Positions 26,694 to 37,360 of a stretch of DNA of 64,000 nt are shown in pieces. Under the pieces are notes generated by a model. That model was not told where the DNA came from and did not search any database. It saw only the letters and a program-made list of their open reading frames with translations. The DNA lies in contig JAJYME010000004.1 of the NCBI GenBank assembly GCA_021787205.1, forward strand, positions 39,063 through 103,062. Direction: 5' to 3'. The stretch's first letter is position 1, and every line of letters starts with the position of its first letter. Origin of the DNA: a bacterium. GTDB lineage: Bacteria; Patescibacteriota; Minisyncoccia; UBA6257; Colwellbacteraceae. The translations under genes and the position numbers were made by a program.

Positions 26694-29600
26694 ATGTCGG
26701 AAAGAATAATATTGGATGTTAGGGGAATGCATTGCGCATCCTGTGAAAAAATAATATCCGAAGAGCTGAGTGACCTTGGGGGAATCTCAGATATAAGCGC
26801 CGATGCCAAAAAGGGGAGGGTCGTTGTGACTATTAATGAGGGCGTCACTCAGAACGAGGTCATTAATTCGATAAGAAAAGCGGGATATGAAGCGACGGTG
26901 GCCGAGGTCACTCCGCTCAGCCCGGCTTCAAATGATATAGCGATTCAGATAAAGAAGGGCGGTGAGTCTCGGGATCTCAAGATGAGGTTGAGCTCCCACA
27001 TCGAAGCCGACGGAAAGATATTTGAGAACAATACCTTCGAAGGAAAGATAAAAAACAGCAGACAAGCCGAGTTTGTAATCCCGGAGAATGAGACGGAAAT
27101 CGGGGATTTAGCCGAAAAGCTTAAGACCGCAGTCGATTTTCCCGCCCTGTTTGACTCGGTTTTCAGTGGCGGCAATAAGGAAGCAGCTTCTTCAGGGTTG
27201 GAAAAAGAAAAACAACTCACGACTTCACCGGCTGTCTCAACTGCGGATGAAAATAAGAGGGTTAGCTTGTCGCTTTTTGGAATGCACTGCTCATCCTGCG
27301 CGGCGATCATCGAGCGTTCTATCAAGAAGGTGCCTGGCGTTAAGCAGGCCAGCGTCAATTTTGCCGCTGAAAAAGCAACCGTCGTTTTCGACGGATCGGC
27401 AACAGATACAGGCAGCCTTGTGAAAGCGATCGAGAAAGCGGGATATAGGGCGGAGTTGGTTGATACAAGGGACCAAGATTATGATCGCAAGAAGAGGGAT
27501 GGGGAAATCAAGTCGTATTTGAAGAAGTTTTGGTGGAGCTCCGCTCTAAGCTTGCCCATGCTTTACTTTATGCTTTTCGATTTCTTTGCCATTCCCGGGA
27601 AAGCGGCGGTTCTGCCGTACATAGGTATAATCTCGCTAATTCTGACGATTCCGATCCAATTCGTAATCGGTTCGGGATTCTATAGGGGAATGTATTCATC
27701 TTTAAAAATGAAAACATTCAACATGGACAGCTTGATAGCCATCGGAACATCTACTGCTTTCATATACAGCACCGTAAACTTTTTTACTTATTTTTATAAG
27801 ACGGGTTCGCTTATCGGATTGAACGGAAAGATTCCCGAATTGTATTTTGAAACAGCAGCATTTTTGATAACTTTCGTAATCTTGGGCAAGTGGCTCGAGA
27901 TGAGAACCAAGGGCAGGACTGGAGATGCGATAAAGAAGTTAATGGGGCTCCAAGCGAAGACGGCGAGGGTTTTCCGGGACAGCAAGATCTTAGATATCCC
28001 AATAGAAGAGGTGGTAGCTGGAGACATCGTCATCGTCCGTCCTGGAGAGAAGATTCCCGTCGATGGACAAATTGTAAAGGGTTCTTCCGCCGTTGACGAA
28101 TCGATGATAACTGGAGAAAGCCTTCCCGTTGAAAAGAATGAGGGAGATAAAGTAATCGGAAGCACGGTTAATAAAACGGGAAGTTTTGAATTCAGAGCGA
28201 CTCGCGTCGGTTCTGAAACAGCCTTAGCTCAAATAATCAGATTAATCGAGGAGGCGCAGGGATCAAAGGCGCCAATCCAGGGATTCGCGGATAAGATCTC
28301 AGCAGTCTTTGTTCCGCTAGTGATCGGACTGGCCCTGCTGACATTTATTGTCTGGTACTTTGTCATCGGATCATCGCTGACATTTGCCTTAATGGCCTTT
28401 ACGGCAGTAATCGTTATCGCTTGCCCGTGCGCCTTAGGTCTTGCCACTCCGACATCATTGATGGTCGGAACGGGAAAGGGCGCCGAATATGGAATCTTAG
28501 TCAAAGGGGGAGAGCCCTTGGAGGCTGCCTGCGGAATAGACGCCATAATTTTTGACAAGACCGGAACTCTGACTAAAGGAAAACCGGAGGTGACTGATAT
28601 AGTCCCATTCGAATCATTAGAGGAGGACGAGGTCTTGGAGATTTCGGCGAGCTTGGAGAAACTGTCCGAACACCCTTTGGCGGAAGCTATTTATACTTAT
28701 GCAAACGAAGAAGGTCTTTCTCTTAGGGAGGTGGACGGATTTGAAGCCATCCCAGGTCATGGAGTGAAGGGCAGGGTGGACAACGTCGAATATTATTTTG
28801 GAAATCGCAGGCTGATGACAAACATTCTCGGCCTTCAGATAGAGAAGATAAACCGCAAGCTGATAAAGCTTGAAGAGCAGGGAAAGACAGCGATGATCCT
28901 TGCCGGAAAGGAAAGGATCTTAGGCGCGATTGCCGTTGCCGATACTGTCAAGCCAACCTCGGCGGAAGCGGTGGCTAAGCTAAAGAAGATGGGTATCGAT
29001 ATCTGGATGATTACTGGAGACAATGAGCGCACCGCCAAAGCGATTGCCCAGCAGGTTGGCATCACAAACATATTGGCTGACGTCTTGCCTGAAGATAAGG
29101 CAAACGAGGTAAAGAAATTACAATCGACCGGAAAGAAAGTAGCCATGGTTGGAGACGGCATAAATGATGCTCCGGCTTTGGCCCAGGCAAACTTGGGAAT
29201 AGCAATGGGGTCAGGGACTGATGTGGCTATGGAGGCTGGGGGCATCGTGATCATAAAAAACGATCTTAATGATGTCGTTACAGCGCTTAAGTTGTCCAGG
29301 GAAACCATGGCAAAGATCAAACAGAATATGTTCTTTGCTTTGTTCTACAATGTAATCGGGATCCCGATCGCGGCCAGGGTATTTATGGTTTTCGGTTTAG
29401 TGTTGAAGCCGGAGTTGGCGGGGCTAGCGATGGCTCTGAGCTCGATATCAGTTGTCAGCAATTCGTTGCTACTCAGGTATTTCAAGCCAAACAGAAGGAA
29501 TTATATTTCCCTGATCGCTCCAGTCGTGATGATCCTGATATTTACCTTCGGATTCATTCAATTCGCTAAAACCAGCTCAAACATGGAGAAGCAAGAAATG

Positions 29601-29975
29601 TCTGACAAGACTGCCACTAAGGAATCAAAATCGGAGATAGGCAATTTTATCTCGGGAAAAGAAATGAAAACTAATTTTTCCAACGGCAATCCTAAGATAT
29701 TTGTTGCCGTGAATGATTTTCCATCAACGGTTGTCGCAGCCGAAGGCGTTCTTTATTTGAAAGAGAATGAGATGGTTGTCGGATACGATGAGGCGATGAT
29801 GATGAAAAATGAGGGTCTGATCTCTGGCGTTGGAAGCAGTTTGAAGGATTTCTTCGGATTACCGACTGTGAGGGTAGTCGGGATTTTGGATAAAACCGGG
29901 ACTGTTTTGGACGGTTATCACTTTGTCACTAAAGGAACGCTGGAGAAAATGACCGGTTCTCCGTCTACAAAATAA
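26694..29975 (+). CDS. copA: Copper-translocating P1B-type ATPase with two N-terminal HMA domains and a ~200-aa C-terminal extension of unknown function
   Basis: [10 protein letters not shown] and [10 protein letters not shown] (HMA domains), [17 protein letters not shown] and [10 protein letters not shown] are present. The ORF continues about 200 aa past the last TM helices. Confidence 0.9.
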   Translation: MSERIILDVRGMHCASCEKIISEELSDLGGISDISADAKKGRVVVTINEGVTQNEVINSIRKAGYEATVAEVTPLSPASNDIAIQIKKGGESRDLKMRLSSHIEADGKIFENNTFEGKIKNSRQAEFVIPENETEIGDLAEKLKTAVDFPALFDSVFSGGNKEAASSGLEKEKQLTTSPAVSTADENKRVSLSLFGMHCSSCAAIIERSIKKVPGVKQASVNFAAEKATVVFDGSATDTGSLVKAIEKAGYRAELVDTRDQDYDRKKRDGEIKSYLKKFWWSSALSLPMLYFMLFDFFAIPGKAAVLPYIGIISLILTIPIQFVIGSGFYRGMYSSLKMKTFNMDSLIAIGTSTAFIYSTVNFFTYFYKTGSLIGLNGKIPELYFETAAFLITFVILGKWLEMRTKGRTGDAIKKLMGLQAKTARVFRDSKILDIPIEEVVAGDIVIVRPGEKIPVDGQIVKGSSAVDESMITGESLPVEKNEGDKVIGSTVNKTGSFEFRATRVGSETALAQIIRLIEEAQGSKAPIQGFADKISAVFVPLVIGLALLTFIVWYFVIGSSLTFALMAFTAVIVIACPCALGLATPTSLMVGTGKGAEYGILVKGGEPLEAACGIDAIIFDKTGTLTKGKPEVTDIVPFESLEEDEVLEISASLEKLSEHPLAEAIYTYANEEGLSLREVDGFEAIPGHGVKGRVDNVEYYFGNRRLMTNILGLQIEKINRKLIKLEEQGKTAMILAGKERILGAIAVADTVKPTSAEAVAKLKKMGIDIWMITGDNERTAKAIAQQVGITNILADVLPEDKANEVKKLQSTGKKVAMVGDGINDAPALAQANLGIAMGSGTDVAMEAGGIVIIKNDLNDVVTALKLSRETMAKIKQNMFFALFYNVIGIPIAARVFMVFGLVLKPELAGLAMALSSISVVSNSLLLRYFKPNRRNYISLIAPVVMILIFTFGFIQFAKTSSNMEKQEMSDKTATKESKSEIGNFISGKEMKTNFSNGNPKIFVAVNDFPSTVVAAEGVLYLKENEMVVGYDEAMMMKNEGLISGVGSSLKDFFGLPTVRVVGILDKTGTVLDGYHFVTKGTLEKMTGSPSTK

Positions 29976-30141
29976 GAGCTTAAAATCGATTGAAACAATC
30001 TGGATCATAAAACAATAAACGCCGTCAAACGGCGTTTATTGTTTTATGGGAAAGCGGATTTGTGATAGTATTAGGATATCAGATAAGGCCCAGGATTCCA
30101 TCTTCGCCCCAATAACACTCCAGAGGCTTAGAAGCGAAACA

Positions 30142-30798
30142 ATGCAAATAAAAACAAGAAACAAAAATGATATCTTGTTGCTTATCGGCGGATTGATTTT
30201 CATCGCGGCGGCAACATATTTAGGCCTCTTAGTCATGAAAGACAGACAACCTGAGCCGGTAGCTTGTACGATGGAGGCAAAGCTTTGTCCTGACGGATCG
30301 TATGTCGGGAGAATGGGACCTGATTGTAAGTTCGAACAATGCCCCGGGGTGAGCAAAAGACGGATTTCAACCGAAGGATGGAAAAAGATGGAGGATGCAA
30401 TCGACGAATTGACCTTCTTATATCCCGAAGACCTCTCAACTAAATATATAAAGGCCTATGACTGGCCACCTAAGGTCCAGGTATTGACTGGCAAATTTGA
30501 TTGTACGGAGGCCGGGTCGGAAACAGCGAGAGCCGGAAGAACATCGAGAGTTTTTGTCGATGATGTCGAATATTGCGTGACCAAAATATCCGAGGGAGCA
30601 GCGGGGAGCATATACACCCAATACGCCTATGCTTTTCCCAAGAATGGAAAAAACGTGATTCTGACTTTTACTACCAGACAAATCCAATGCGCCAACTATG
30701 AGCAGCCGGCGGCAGCAGAATGTTATGCGGAAAGGGAATCCTTTTCGATGGACGACATAGTTAACGGAATGGCGAGCAGCTTAGTTTTCAACAAATAA
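30142..30798 (+). CDS. Hypothetical secreted/membrane-anchored protein
   Basis: The internal ATG start gives a signal anchor LLLIGGLIFIAAATYLGLLV. Downstream is a Cys-containing soluble domain. Confidence 0.45.
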   Translation: MQIKTRNKNDILLLIGGLIFIAAATYLGLLVMKDRQPEPVACTMEAKLCPDGSYVGRMGPDCKFEQCPGVSKRRISTEGWKKMEDAIDELTFLYPEDLSTKYIKAYDWPPKVQVLTGKFDCTEAGSETARAGRTSRVFVDDVEYCVTKISEGAAGSIYTQYAYAFPKNGKNVILTFTTRQIQCANYEQPAAAECYAERESFSMDDIVNGMASSLVFNK

Positions 30799-31020
30799 AA
30801 AAATAATGATCAAGAATCAGGCAATAGTCTGATTCTTTTTATTTAAAGACATGTGGAAGTTTGCAGAAAAAAACCATATAACAATATTCATATTTTTAAT
30901 CGCCGTTTTCCTGCTTCTCTGGAATTTAGACAGATACCTCAAGATCTGTCCTTGGGGTCTGGCTCCAGCGGTCCTGGGCATAATTTTCGAGGTCGTCATC
31001 TTGATAAGAAAAAAGAGGAA

Positions 31021-31656
31021 ATGAGATTCAGGAACAGGGAAGAGGCCGGAGAAAAGTTGGCGACGGCTCTTCAAAAATACAAGGATACCGATGCGGTTGT
31101 CTATGCCATGCCGCGAGGGGGCGTTCCTTTGGGGGAGATTGCGGCTAGGCGTCTTAACCTGCCGTTGGATTTGGTAATCGTCAGAAAGGTAGCCCATCCG
31201 AATGATCCTGAATTCGCAATTTGCGCAGTCGCGGAGAGTGGAAAGAAATTGTGCAATGAGGATGCTGCTTATTTGGATCAGGCCGCGCTTGATCTTCTGA
31301 TAAAAGACCAGGTAGCTGAGGCCGAGAGGAGAAGGGAGGTTTACTTAAGGGGTCGGAGACGCATTTCTCCCGAGGGTAAGACGGCGATAATAATTGATGA
31401 TGGAGTGGCAACCGGCCTGACAATGAAGCTGGCGATTGAGACAATAGCAGCCGCCCGTCCGAAAAAGATAATCGCCGCCGCTCCAATCGTCCCGAAAGAT
31501 GCTTATCGGGAAATATCAAAGAGTGTAGACGAGTTTGTCGTCCTCGAAGTGCCACAAGCCTATTTAGGCGCCGTCGGATCGTATTATGACGAGTTTCACC
31601 AACTTGAGGACAGTGAGGTTACAAAATTATTAAAAAAACATAATGACAATATTTAA
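31021..31656 (+). CDS. Predicted phosphoribosyltransferase (type I PRTase fold)
   Basis: The PRPP-binding loop TAIIIDDGVATGLT is present; AGAGGAA lies upstream of the ATG at 31021. Confidence 0.7.
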   Translation: MRFRNREEAGEKLATALQKYKDTDAVVYAMPRGGVPLGEIAARRLNLPLDLVIVRKVAHPNDPEFAICAVAESGKKLCNEDAAYLDQAALDLLIKDQVAEAERRREVYLRGRRRISPEGKTAIIIDDGVATGLTMKLAIETIAAARPKKIIAAAPIVPKDAYREISKSVDEFVVLEVPQAYLGAVGSYYDEFHQLEDSEVTKLLKKHNDNI

Positions 31657-32533
31657 TTTAGCTGAATATAAATATCTAGTTCCCGATTTGAGCGGGAGCA
31701 AAAAAGATGAAGTCGGGAAATACAAAATCAAGAAATTCGGCAACGGGACATCGATAATATCGATTGAAACTTCGGTTGAGGGGAAGAGATGCGCCGTTTT
31801 TGGCGGCGCCACTCATTTAACGTCCCTTTTTGAGACACTCCTCCTATGTCACACCCTGAAAAAAGAAGGAGCGAGACAAGTGACCGCAATCATTCCCTTC
31901 ATACCTTATGCGAGACAGGATGAGAATAAGAAAGGCGAAAGCTGGGGAATGAAATGGCTATCGGAAATGCTGGCTTCTTCCGGGGTGAATGAGGTAATAA
32001 CGATCGATATCCATTCAAAGCTAGCGGCGGAGTTAGGAAGTCTTCCGATCGTCTCATTGTCCTCGGCAGAAATCCTGGCCAGGCCGGCTTTAAAGATAGT
32101 AAAAAGAAGTTCTGTTTGCGTGGCGCCTGACGAGGGGGCGATTGATAACTGCATTGAGATTAGCGAGAAATTGGGAATGACGGCTCCCGTCGCCCATTTT
32201 TCAAAGAAGAGGTCGAGCCGGGGGAAGGTAAGGATAATCTCCTTTATGGGGAAGGCGGGAGAAGAGGCGGTAATCGCGGATGACATAATCGACACCGGAT
32301 CCACTCTAGTCGAAGCTTGCAAGAGACTTAAGAAAGCCGGCGTGAGAAAGATAACGGTTTTCGCAAGCCACGGAGTATTTGACGGAAAAGATTGGAAGAA
32401 ATCCTTTGGCCTCGGAGTTGATCGGATTTATTGCACTGATTCCAACCCGGCTATGAGAAGGTTAGATCACCCGAAAGTGAAGATCGTTTCGATAAAGAAT
32501 CTTATAGCAGAACATCTTATTCCCGGACTATAA
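31643..32533 (+). CDS. prs: Ribose-phosphate pyrophosphokinase family protein
   Basis: GARQVTAIIPFIPYARQD and VIADDIIDTGSTL are Prs motifs. Confidence 0.75.
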   Translation: MTIFNLAEYKYLVPDLSGSKKDEVGKYKIKKFGNGTSIISIETSVEGKRCAVFGGATHLTSLFETLLLCHTLKKEGARQVTAIIPFIPYARQDENKKGESWGMKWLSEMLASSGVNEVITIDIHSKLAAELGSLPIVSLSSAEILARPALKIVKRSSVCVAPDEGAIDNCIEISEKLGMTAPVAHFSKKRSSRGKVRIISFMGKAGEEAVIADDIIDTGSTLVEACKRLKKAGVRKITVFASHGVFDGKDWKKSFGLGVDRIYCTDSNPAMRRLDHPKVKIVSIKNLIAEHLIPGL

Positions 32534-32577
32534 TAAGGTTTGTCTATTATGCCCGAGAGGGATAAAATTAATGTTAA

Positions 32578-35040
32578 ATGACCAAAGAGGAAGCGCAAAA
32601 ACAAAGTGCGGAGGAATTGACTAAAAACCTTGGGACTTCGGTTGAAACCGGTTTGAAAACCGAAGAGGCGGAAAGAAGACTGGGCGTTGACGGCTTGAAC
32701 AGTCTCCCCAAGGAGGGACACTCTGGTCTCAAGACTTTCTTTAATCAATTCAAGAGCTCAATGGTCTATTTATTGATCGGCTCCAGCTTGGTTTCTTTTG
32801 CCTTGACCGATATTCTGAGCGGCATAGTAATAATGACCATTGTCGTTATTAACGTCGGACTCGGCTTTTATCAGGAGTACAAGTCAGAAAAGTTAGTTGA
32901 GGGACTTTCTAAGTTTGTAAGCAAACAAGCAGTGGTAAGGAGGGACGGGCTAAACCAACTAATTGATTCCAGCCTGATCGTGACCGGAGATATCGTAATC
33001 CTCAAAGAGGGCGACATCGTTCCGGCGGACATAAAAATCACAGAAGTCGACGGTTTGGAGACGAATGAATCCCAGCTCACGGGAGAAACGGTAGCGGTGA
33101 GCAAAAAAGAGAACGATTTAATCTATTCTGGCAGCATCATCGAGAACGGAGGGGGAGAGGGCATTGTCTATGCGACCGGAGAGAATACCGAATTTGGCAG
33201 CATAGCCAGGGTTTCAGCAGCCATAAAGCGCGAAACCAGATATGAAAAATCATTGAATGAGTTAAGCTTTTTCTTGGTTAGGATAGTGGGAGCGATTTTA
33301 GCCATAGTCTTTATGGTCAAGATGTGGCTTGATTGGGGCTCTTTCAATCTCATAGAGGTGTCTTTGTTCATAATCGCGATGGCGGTAGCGACCGTCCCCG
33401 AGAGTTTGCCGGTAATCGCCTCCATCTCCCTTTCTAATGGCGCCTTGAAGCTTGCCAAGAAACATGTTGTCGTAAAGCACCTGACTTCTGTAGAAGACCT
33501 TGGTAATGTCACCATGCTTTGTACGGATAAGACGGGAACGTTGACGGAAAACAAAATGACGATCACCGGGATCGTTTCTGAAGATCAGGAGCTTTTTATG
33601 TCTTTGGCTTACGCCTCAGTCGAGAAAATAGGAATCGGGAGAAAGAAATATCAGAATGCTTACGACGAAGCCTTCAATGCTTATGCGACTAAAAAGACGA
33701 AAGAATCGGTTGACGAAAGGATGAGGACAATAAAAGAATTCCCATTCGATTCCGATGCCAGGAGGAGAAGAGCAGTCATTTATGATAAAGTCGCTAAAAA
33801 ATACTTTTTGGTGGTTATCGGCTCTCCGGAGACTTTGCTGCAGATTGCGGAGACCGAAAGATCGGAGCAGTATAAAGAAATATTAACTGAAGAGGGGAAT
33901 AAGGGATTGAGACACCTAGCGTTGGCTTACAAAGAGGTTGCTTATGACGATAATTTCGACATCATAAAGAGCGAGTCGGGAATTGATTTTCTTGGTTTTG
34001 CCACTTTTACCGATCCTCTAAGGGCGACATCGCAGCAGACGATAAAGGAAGCTGAGGCTTTAGGAATTTCGATAAAGATATTATCCGGGGACAGCAAGGA
34101 AGTTTCGGAATATGTCGGCAAGGAAGTCGGATTGATTTCCGGAAATCAAAAGGTATACACCGGAGACGAGCTTTTCGAAATGTCGGCGGACGAATTCAGA
34201 CGGGTAATAAATGAAAACAACGTTTTTGCTCGCGTGAATCCGGAGCAGAAATACAGGATCATAGCCGCCCTGAAGGAAAACAACATTGTCGCTTACCAAG
34301 GAGATGGTATCAACGACGCCCCGTCCTTAAAGTTAGCCGATGTCTCAATCGCAGTCAGTTCGGCCACCGATGTGGCAAAGGAAAGCTCGGATATAGTCCT
34401 TCTAAAGAGAAATCTGGAGGTCGTAATTGACGGGATAAAGTATGGAAGATCGATTTTCGTAAACATAAACAAATTCATAAGGCATACAATGATAAGCAAT
34501 TTTGGCAACCTTATTGCCTTATCAATCCTATTCCTTCTGTCCTCGGACCTACCCATGCAGACCATCCAAGTCCTTTTGCTGACAGTCATCGCTGATATCC
34601 CGATGATTGCCATATCAACCGATTCGGTCGATAAGGGAGAGATCATAAGGCCGGAGAAGCAAGACATAAGAGGTCTGATGTCAGTCTCTTTGGTCTTGGG
34701 AATACCGACGGCGGCAATGGATCTGGGGTATTTCTTCTTGATTCGAAATGAAGCCCCGAGAATCCTCCAGACAAGTTTGTTTATCTTTTTTGCCCTTACC
34801 GGTCTGGTTGTCTTTTACGCGATAAGGACGAAGAGACATTTTTGGAGGTCGAGGCCGTCGACCCCGATAAACATCGCATTCGTGGCAGCTTTCCTGATAT
34901 CTGTTCTTATAACCTATTTGCCAATCTTTCAACGCTGGTTCGGATTCGTATCGCTTCAAGCGAGTGCGATTATGATCATCACCATTTTCACGATCGGATA
35001 TCTTTTCTTAGCCGATCTGATTTATTCTAAGACAAAATAA
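32578..35040 (+). CDS. Cation-transporting P-type ATPase (P2-like)
   Basis: CTDKTGTLTENKM, LSGDSKEV (a TGD variant) and [11 protein letters not shown] are present. Confidence 0.8.
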   Translation: MTKEEAQKQSAEELTKNLGTSVETGLKTEEAERRLGVDGLNSLPKEGHSGLKTFFNQFKSSMVYLLIGSSLVSFALTDILSGIVIMTIVVINVGLGFYQEYKSEKLVEGLSKFVSKQAVVRRDGLNQLIDSSLIVTGDIVILKEGDIVPADIKITEVDGLETNESQLTGETVAVSKKENDLIYSGSIIENGGGEGIVYATGENTEFGSIARVSAAIKRETRYEKSLNELSFFLVRIVGAILAIVFMVKMWLDWGSFNLIEVSLFIIAMAVATVPESLPVIASISLSNGALKLAKKHVVVKHLTSVEDLGNVTMLCTDKTGTLTENKMTITGIVSEDQELFMSLAYASVEKIGIGRKKYQNAYDEAFNAYATKKTKESVDERMRTIKEFPFDSDARRRRAVIYDKVAKKYFLVVIGSPETLLQIAETERSEQYKEILTEEGNKGLRHLALAYKEVAYDDNFDIIKSESGIDFLGFATFTDPLRATSQQTIKEAEALGISIKILSGDSKEVSEYVGKEVGLISGNQKVYTGDELFEMSADEFRRVINENNVFARVNPEQKYRIIAALKENNIVAYQGDGINDAPSLKLADVSIAVSSATDVAKESSDIVLLKRNLEVVIDGIKYGRSIFVNINKFIRHTMISNFGNLIALSILFLLSSDLPMQTIQVLLLTVIADIPMIAISTDSVDKGEIIRPEKQDIRGLMSVSLVLGIPTAAMDLGYFFLIRNEAPRILQTSLFIFFALTGLVVFYAIRTKRHFWRSRPSTPINIAFVAAFLISVLITYLPIFQRWFGFVSLQASAIMIITIFTIGYLFLADLIYSKTK

Positions 35041-35062
35041 AAACCTCCCTAGGGAGGTTTTT
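35041..35062. terminator. Bidirectional terminator
   Basis: AAACCTCCC TA GGGAGGTTTTT. Confidence 0.6.
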
Positions 35063-35063
35063 A

Positions 35064-35768
35064 TTATCTTGAGTTGGCGCCGCTTTCGGTTTCCAAATTA
35101 TTCTCTGGCGATTCCTGACGCTGGACCGTCGGCTGCTGCTTGGATCCGTTTTTCAGTTTCTGAAGTTCGGATTGAAGCCTTTTGATCATATCAAGCAATG
35201 ACTGGATCGTCGGATTGGAATTACCATTATTGACGGCAGTCGTGCTTAGCTTGAGGCAGGCAGTCCTATCTGCGTTGAATTGTCTCGAGGCAGATTCTCT
35301 AGCCACGGTCTGGTTCTTCTCAGCGATGGAAAGAGAATCTTTCATCGTCTTTTCGGCCGTTTTTAAGGCAGTCTGGACGGTAGTCCTATCCTCGGATGAA
35401 TTCCAAGCGGAGACAGCGGCTGACTTATAGGTTGTCCTGGCGGAAATAACGGCAGTTTGATAAGTTTGAATGGAAGAAATTAAGGCGCTTTCTCTGGTAT
35501 CGACAGCCTTGCTCATACAGGACAAGTATTCTTTACCAGTACCTTGAACGGCGCTTGATTCTTCTCCGACTTCAAGCTTGATGCCTTGAGTTCCGGGGAG
35601 AGAGGCGTCGGAATTGGTTTTGGCCTCTTCTTGGGCGGAGGCGACGGAGACGCCGGCAAGAGCGGCGACGCCGATCAGGCCCGTTATTAGTAACTTTTTC
35701 ATTGTTGATTCATTATAGCATCGTTTTTTGCCGACTTCTTGTGGAAAACCTGGGAGGCTTGACAACAT
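35064..35768 (-). CDS. Secreted coiled-coil hypothetical protein
   Basis: The signal peptide MKKLLITGLIGVAALAGVSVASA is followed by an A/S/T/Q-rich helical region. Confidence 0.5.
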   Translation of the reverse strand: MLSSLPGFPQEVGKKRCYNESTMKKLLITGLIGVAALAGVSVASAQEEAKTNSDASLPGTQGIKLEVGEESSAVQGTGKEYLSCMSKAVDTRESALISSIQTYQTAVISARTTYKSAAVSAWNSSEDRTTVQTALKTAEKTMKDSLSIAEKNQTVARESASRQFNADRTACLKLSTTAVNNGNSNPTIQSLLDMIKRLQSELQKLKNGSKQQPTVQRQESPENNLETESGANSR

Positions 35769-35967
35769 GGAGATAATTTGTTATTTTAATGATAAATAAT
35801 TTAGCCTTATAAATCCGGGTTAATCTATTTGATCAGATCCGGATTTTTTATTTTAGTGTCTCATTGGTCTAGTCGTTAGGCCGCAAACAAAAACAGACAC
35901 TTGATAGGAGGGGGTGTCTGTTTTTTAGTGCGTGCTCGTTATTCGGCTTTTTTATTTACAAATAAAA

Positions 35968-37290
35968 ATGAGACAAAAAACAAATAGTTTCAGATCCAAT
36001 GATGGATTTGAAAAAAAGAAAAAATCCTTCGGAGAACGTTCCGGAGGTTATAACAAGGGTCGTCGCGGATCGGGAGGCGGCAGGAGAGCTTTTATCGATG
36101 AATCAAGGTTCATCTCTAAGGCTAAGGATAGAAAGATCGTCGAGTATTCTCCTAAAAACAGATTTTATGATTTGCCGATAAACGAGGCCTTAAAGAAGAG
36201 CATCGAGGCTAAGGGCTATGAGAAGCCGACCTTGATCCAAGACAAGGCAATCATTCCTGCATTGGAAGGAAACGATTTGATCGGTATCGCCAATACCGGA
36301 ACCGGTAAGACCGCGGCCTTTCTTATTCCGCTCATTGATAAAGTCTTGAACAATAAGAATGAGAAGGTGTTGATTATCGCCCCGACGAGAGAATTGGCGG
36401 AACAGATAAGCGGAGAGTTAAGCGGCTTTTCAAAGGGCATGAAGATTTTTTCAGCCTTAGCCGTTGGCGGTATGAATATCGGCTCTCAGATAATGAATAT
36501 CAGGAAAGGAGTCAGCTTCGTAATCGGAACTCCTGGAAGAATCAATGATTTGATAACCAGGAAGGTTTTGAAATTAGAACAGTTCGGAACTTTGGTTCTT
36601 GATGAAGCTGATAGAATGCTTGATATGGGATTCATTGGAGAGGTGAGAAATATCTTCGAAAAGATGCCCGAGAAGAAGCAGGTCCTGTTCTTCTCCGCCA
36701 CTTTCGAGAAGGAAATCCAAAGGTTAGCCGATGATTTTTTGAAGGATCCAGTCAAGATAGAAGCCAAGACCGGAGATACTTCCGAAAATGTCGACCAAGA
36801 TGTCGTCAAATTCAGCCGCTATGAGGAAAAGATGGACACCCTTCACAATCTTCTCATTGAGGGGGGATTCAAGAAGGTGCTTATCTTCGGAGAAACGAAG
36901 ATGGGCGTGGAAGAAGTCTGCACGAATCTGAAGGACAGGGGATTCAAGGTGGTATCAATTCACGGAGATAAATCCCAAAGAGACCGTAGAGTAGCCCTTA
37001 AGATGTTTAAGGAAGAAAAGGCGGAAATCATGGTTGCGACAGATGTCGCCGCCAGAGGATTGGATATCCCTGAAGTTACCCACGTCATCAACTATGACAT
37101 TCCCCATACGTATGAGGATTATGTCCATAGAATCGGAAGAACTGGACGCGCCTCAAGCAAAGGAACGGCTTTGACTTTCGTAAAAGAGAGCATGTCTTTA
37201 TATGGAGACAGGCCGGAGAGAGGTGACAGAAACAGATACAGAAGGGGAGAGAAAAAGCCAGTCAGACAAAATAAGAAATTTAGAAGATAA
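35968..37290 (+). CDS. DEAD-box ATP-dependent RNA helicase with an Arg/Gly-rich N-terminal region and a basic C-terminal tail
   Basis: The helicase motifs ANTGTGKTAAF, PTRELA, DEAD, SAT and HRIGRTGRA are present. Confidence 0.85.
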   Translation: MRQKTNSFRSNDGFEKKKKSFGERSGGYNKGRRGSGGGRRAFIDESRFISKAKDRKIVEYSPKNRFYDLPINEALKKSIEAKGYEKPTLIQDKAIIPALEGNDLIGIANTGTGKTAAFLIPLIDKVLNNKNEKVLIIAPTRELAEQISGELSGFSKGMKIFSALAVGGMNIGSQIMNIRKGVSFVIGTPGRINDLITRKVLKLEQFGTLVLDEADRMLDMGFIGEVRNIFEKMPEKKQVLFFSATFEKEIQRLADDFLKDPVKIEAKTGDTSENVDQDVVKFSRYEEKMDTLHNLLIEGGFKKVLIFGETKMGVEEVCTNLKDRGFKVVSIHGDKSQRDRRVALKMFKEEKAEIMVATDVAARGLDIPEVTHVINYDIPHTYEDYVHRIGRTGRASSKGTALTFVKESMSLYGDRPERGDRNRYRRGEKKPVRQNKKFRR

Positions 37291-37360
37291 AAAACGCCCG
37301 GGATTCCGGGCGTTTTTTAGACTTTTATTCCAATTTCAAGCATAATGATACCTGAGTCTT

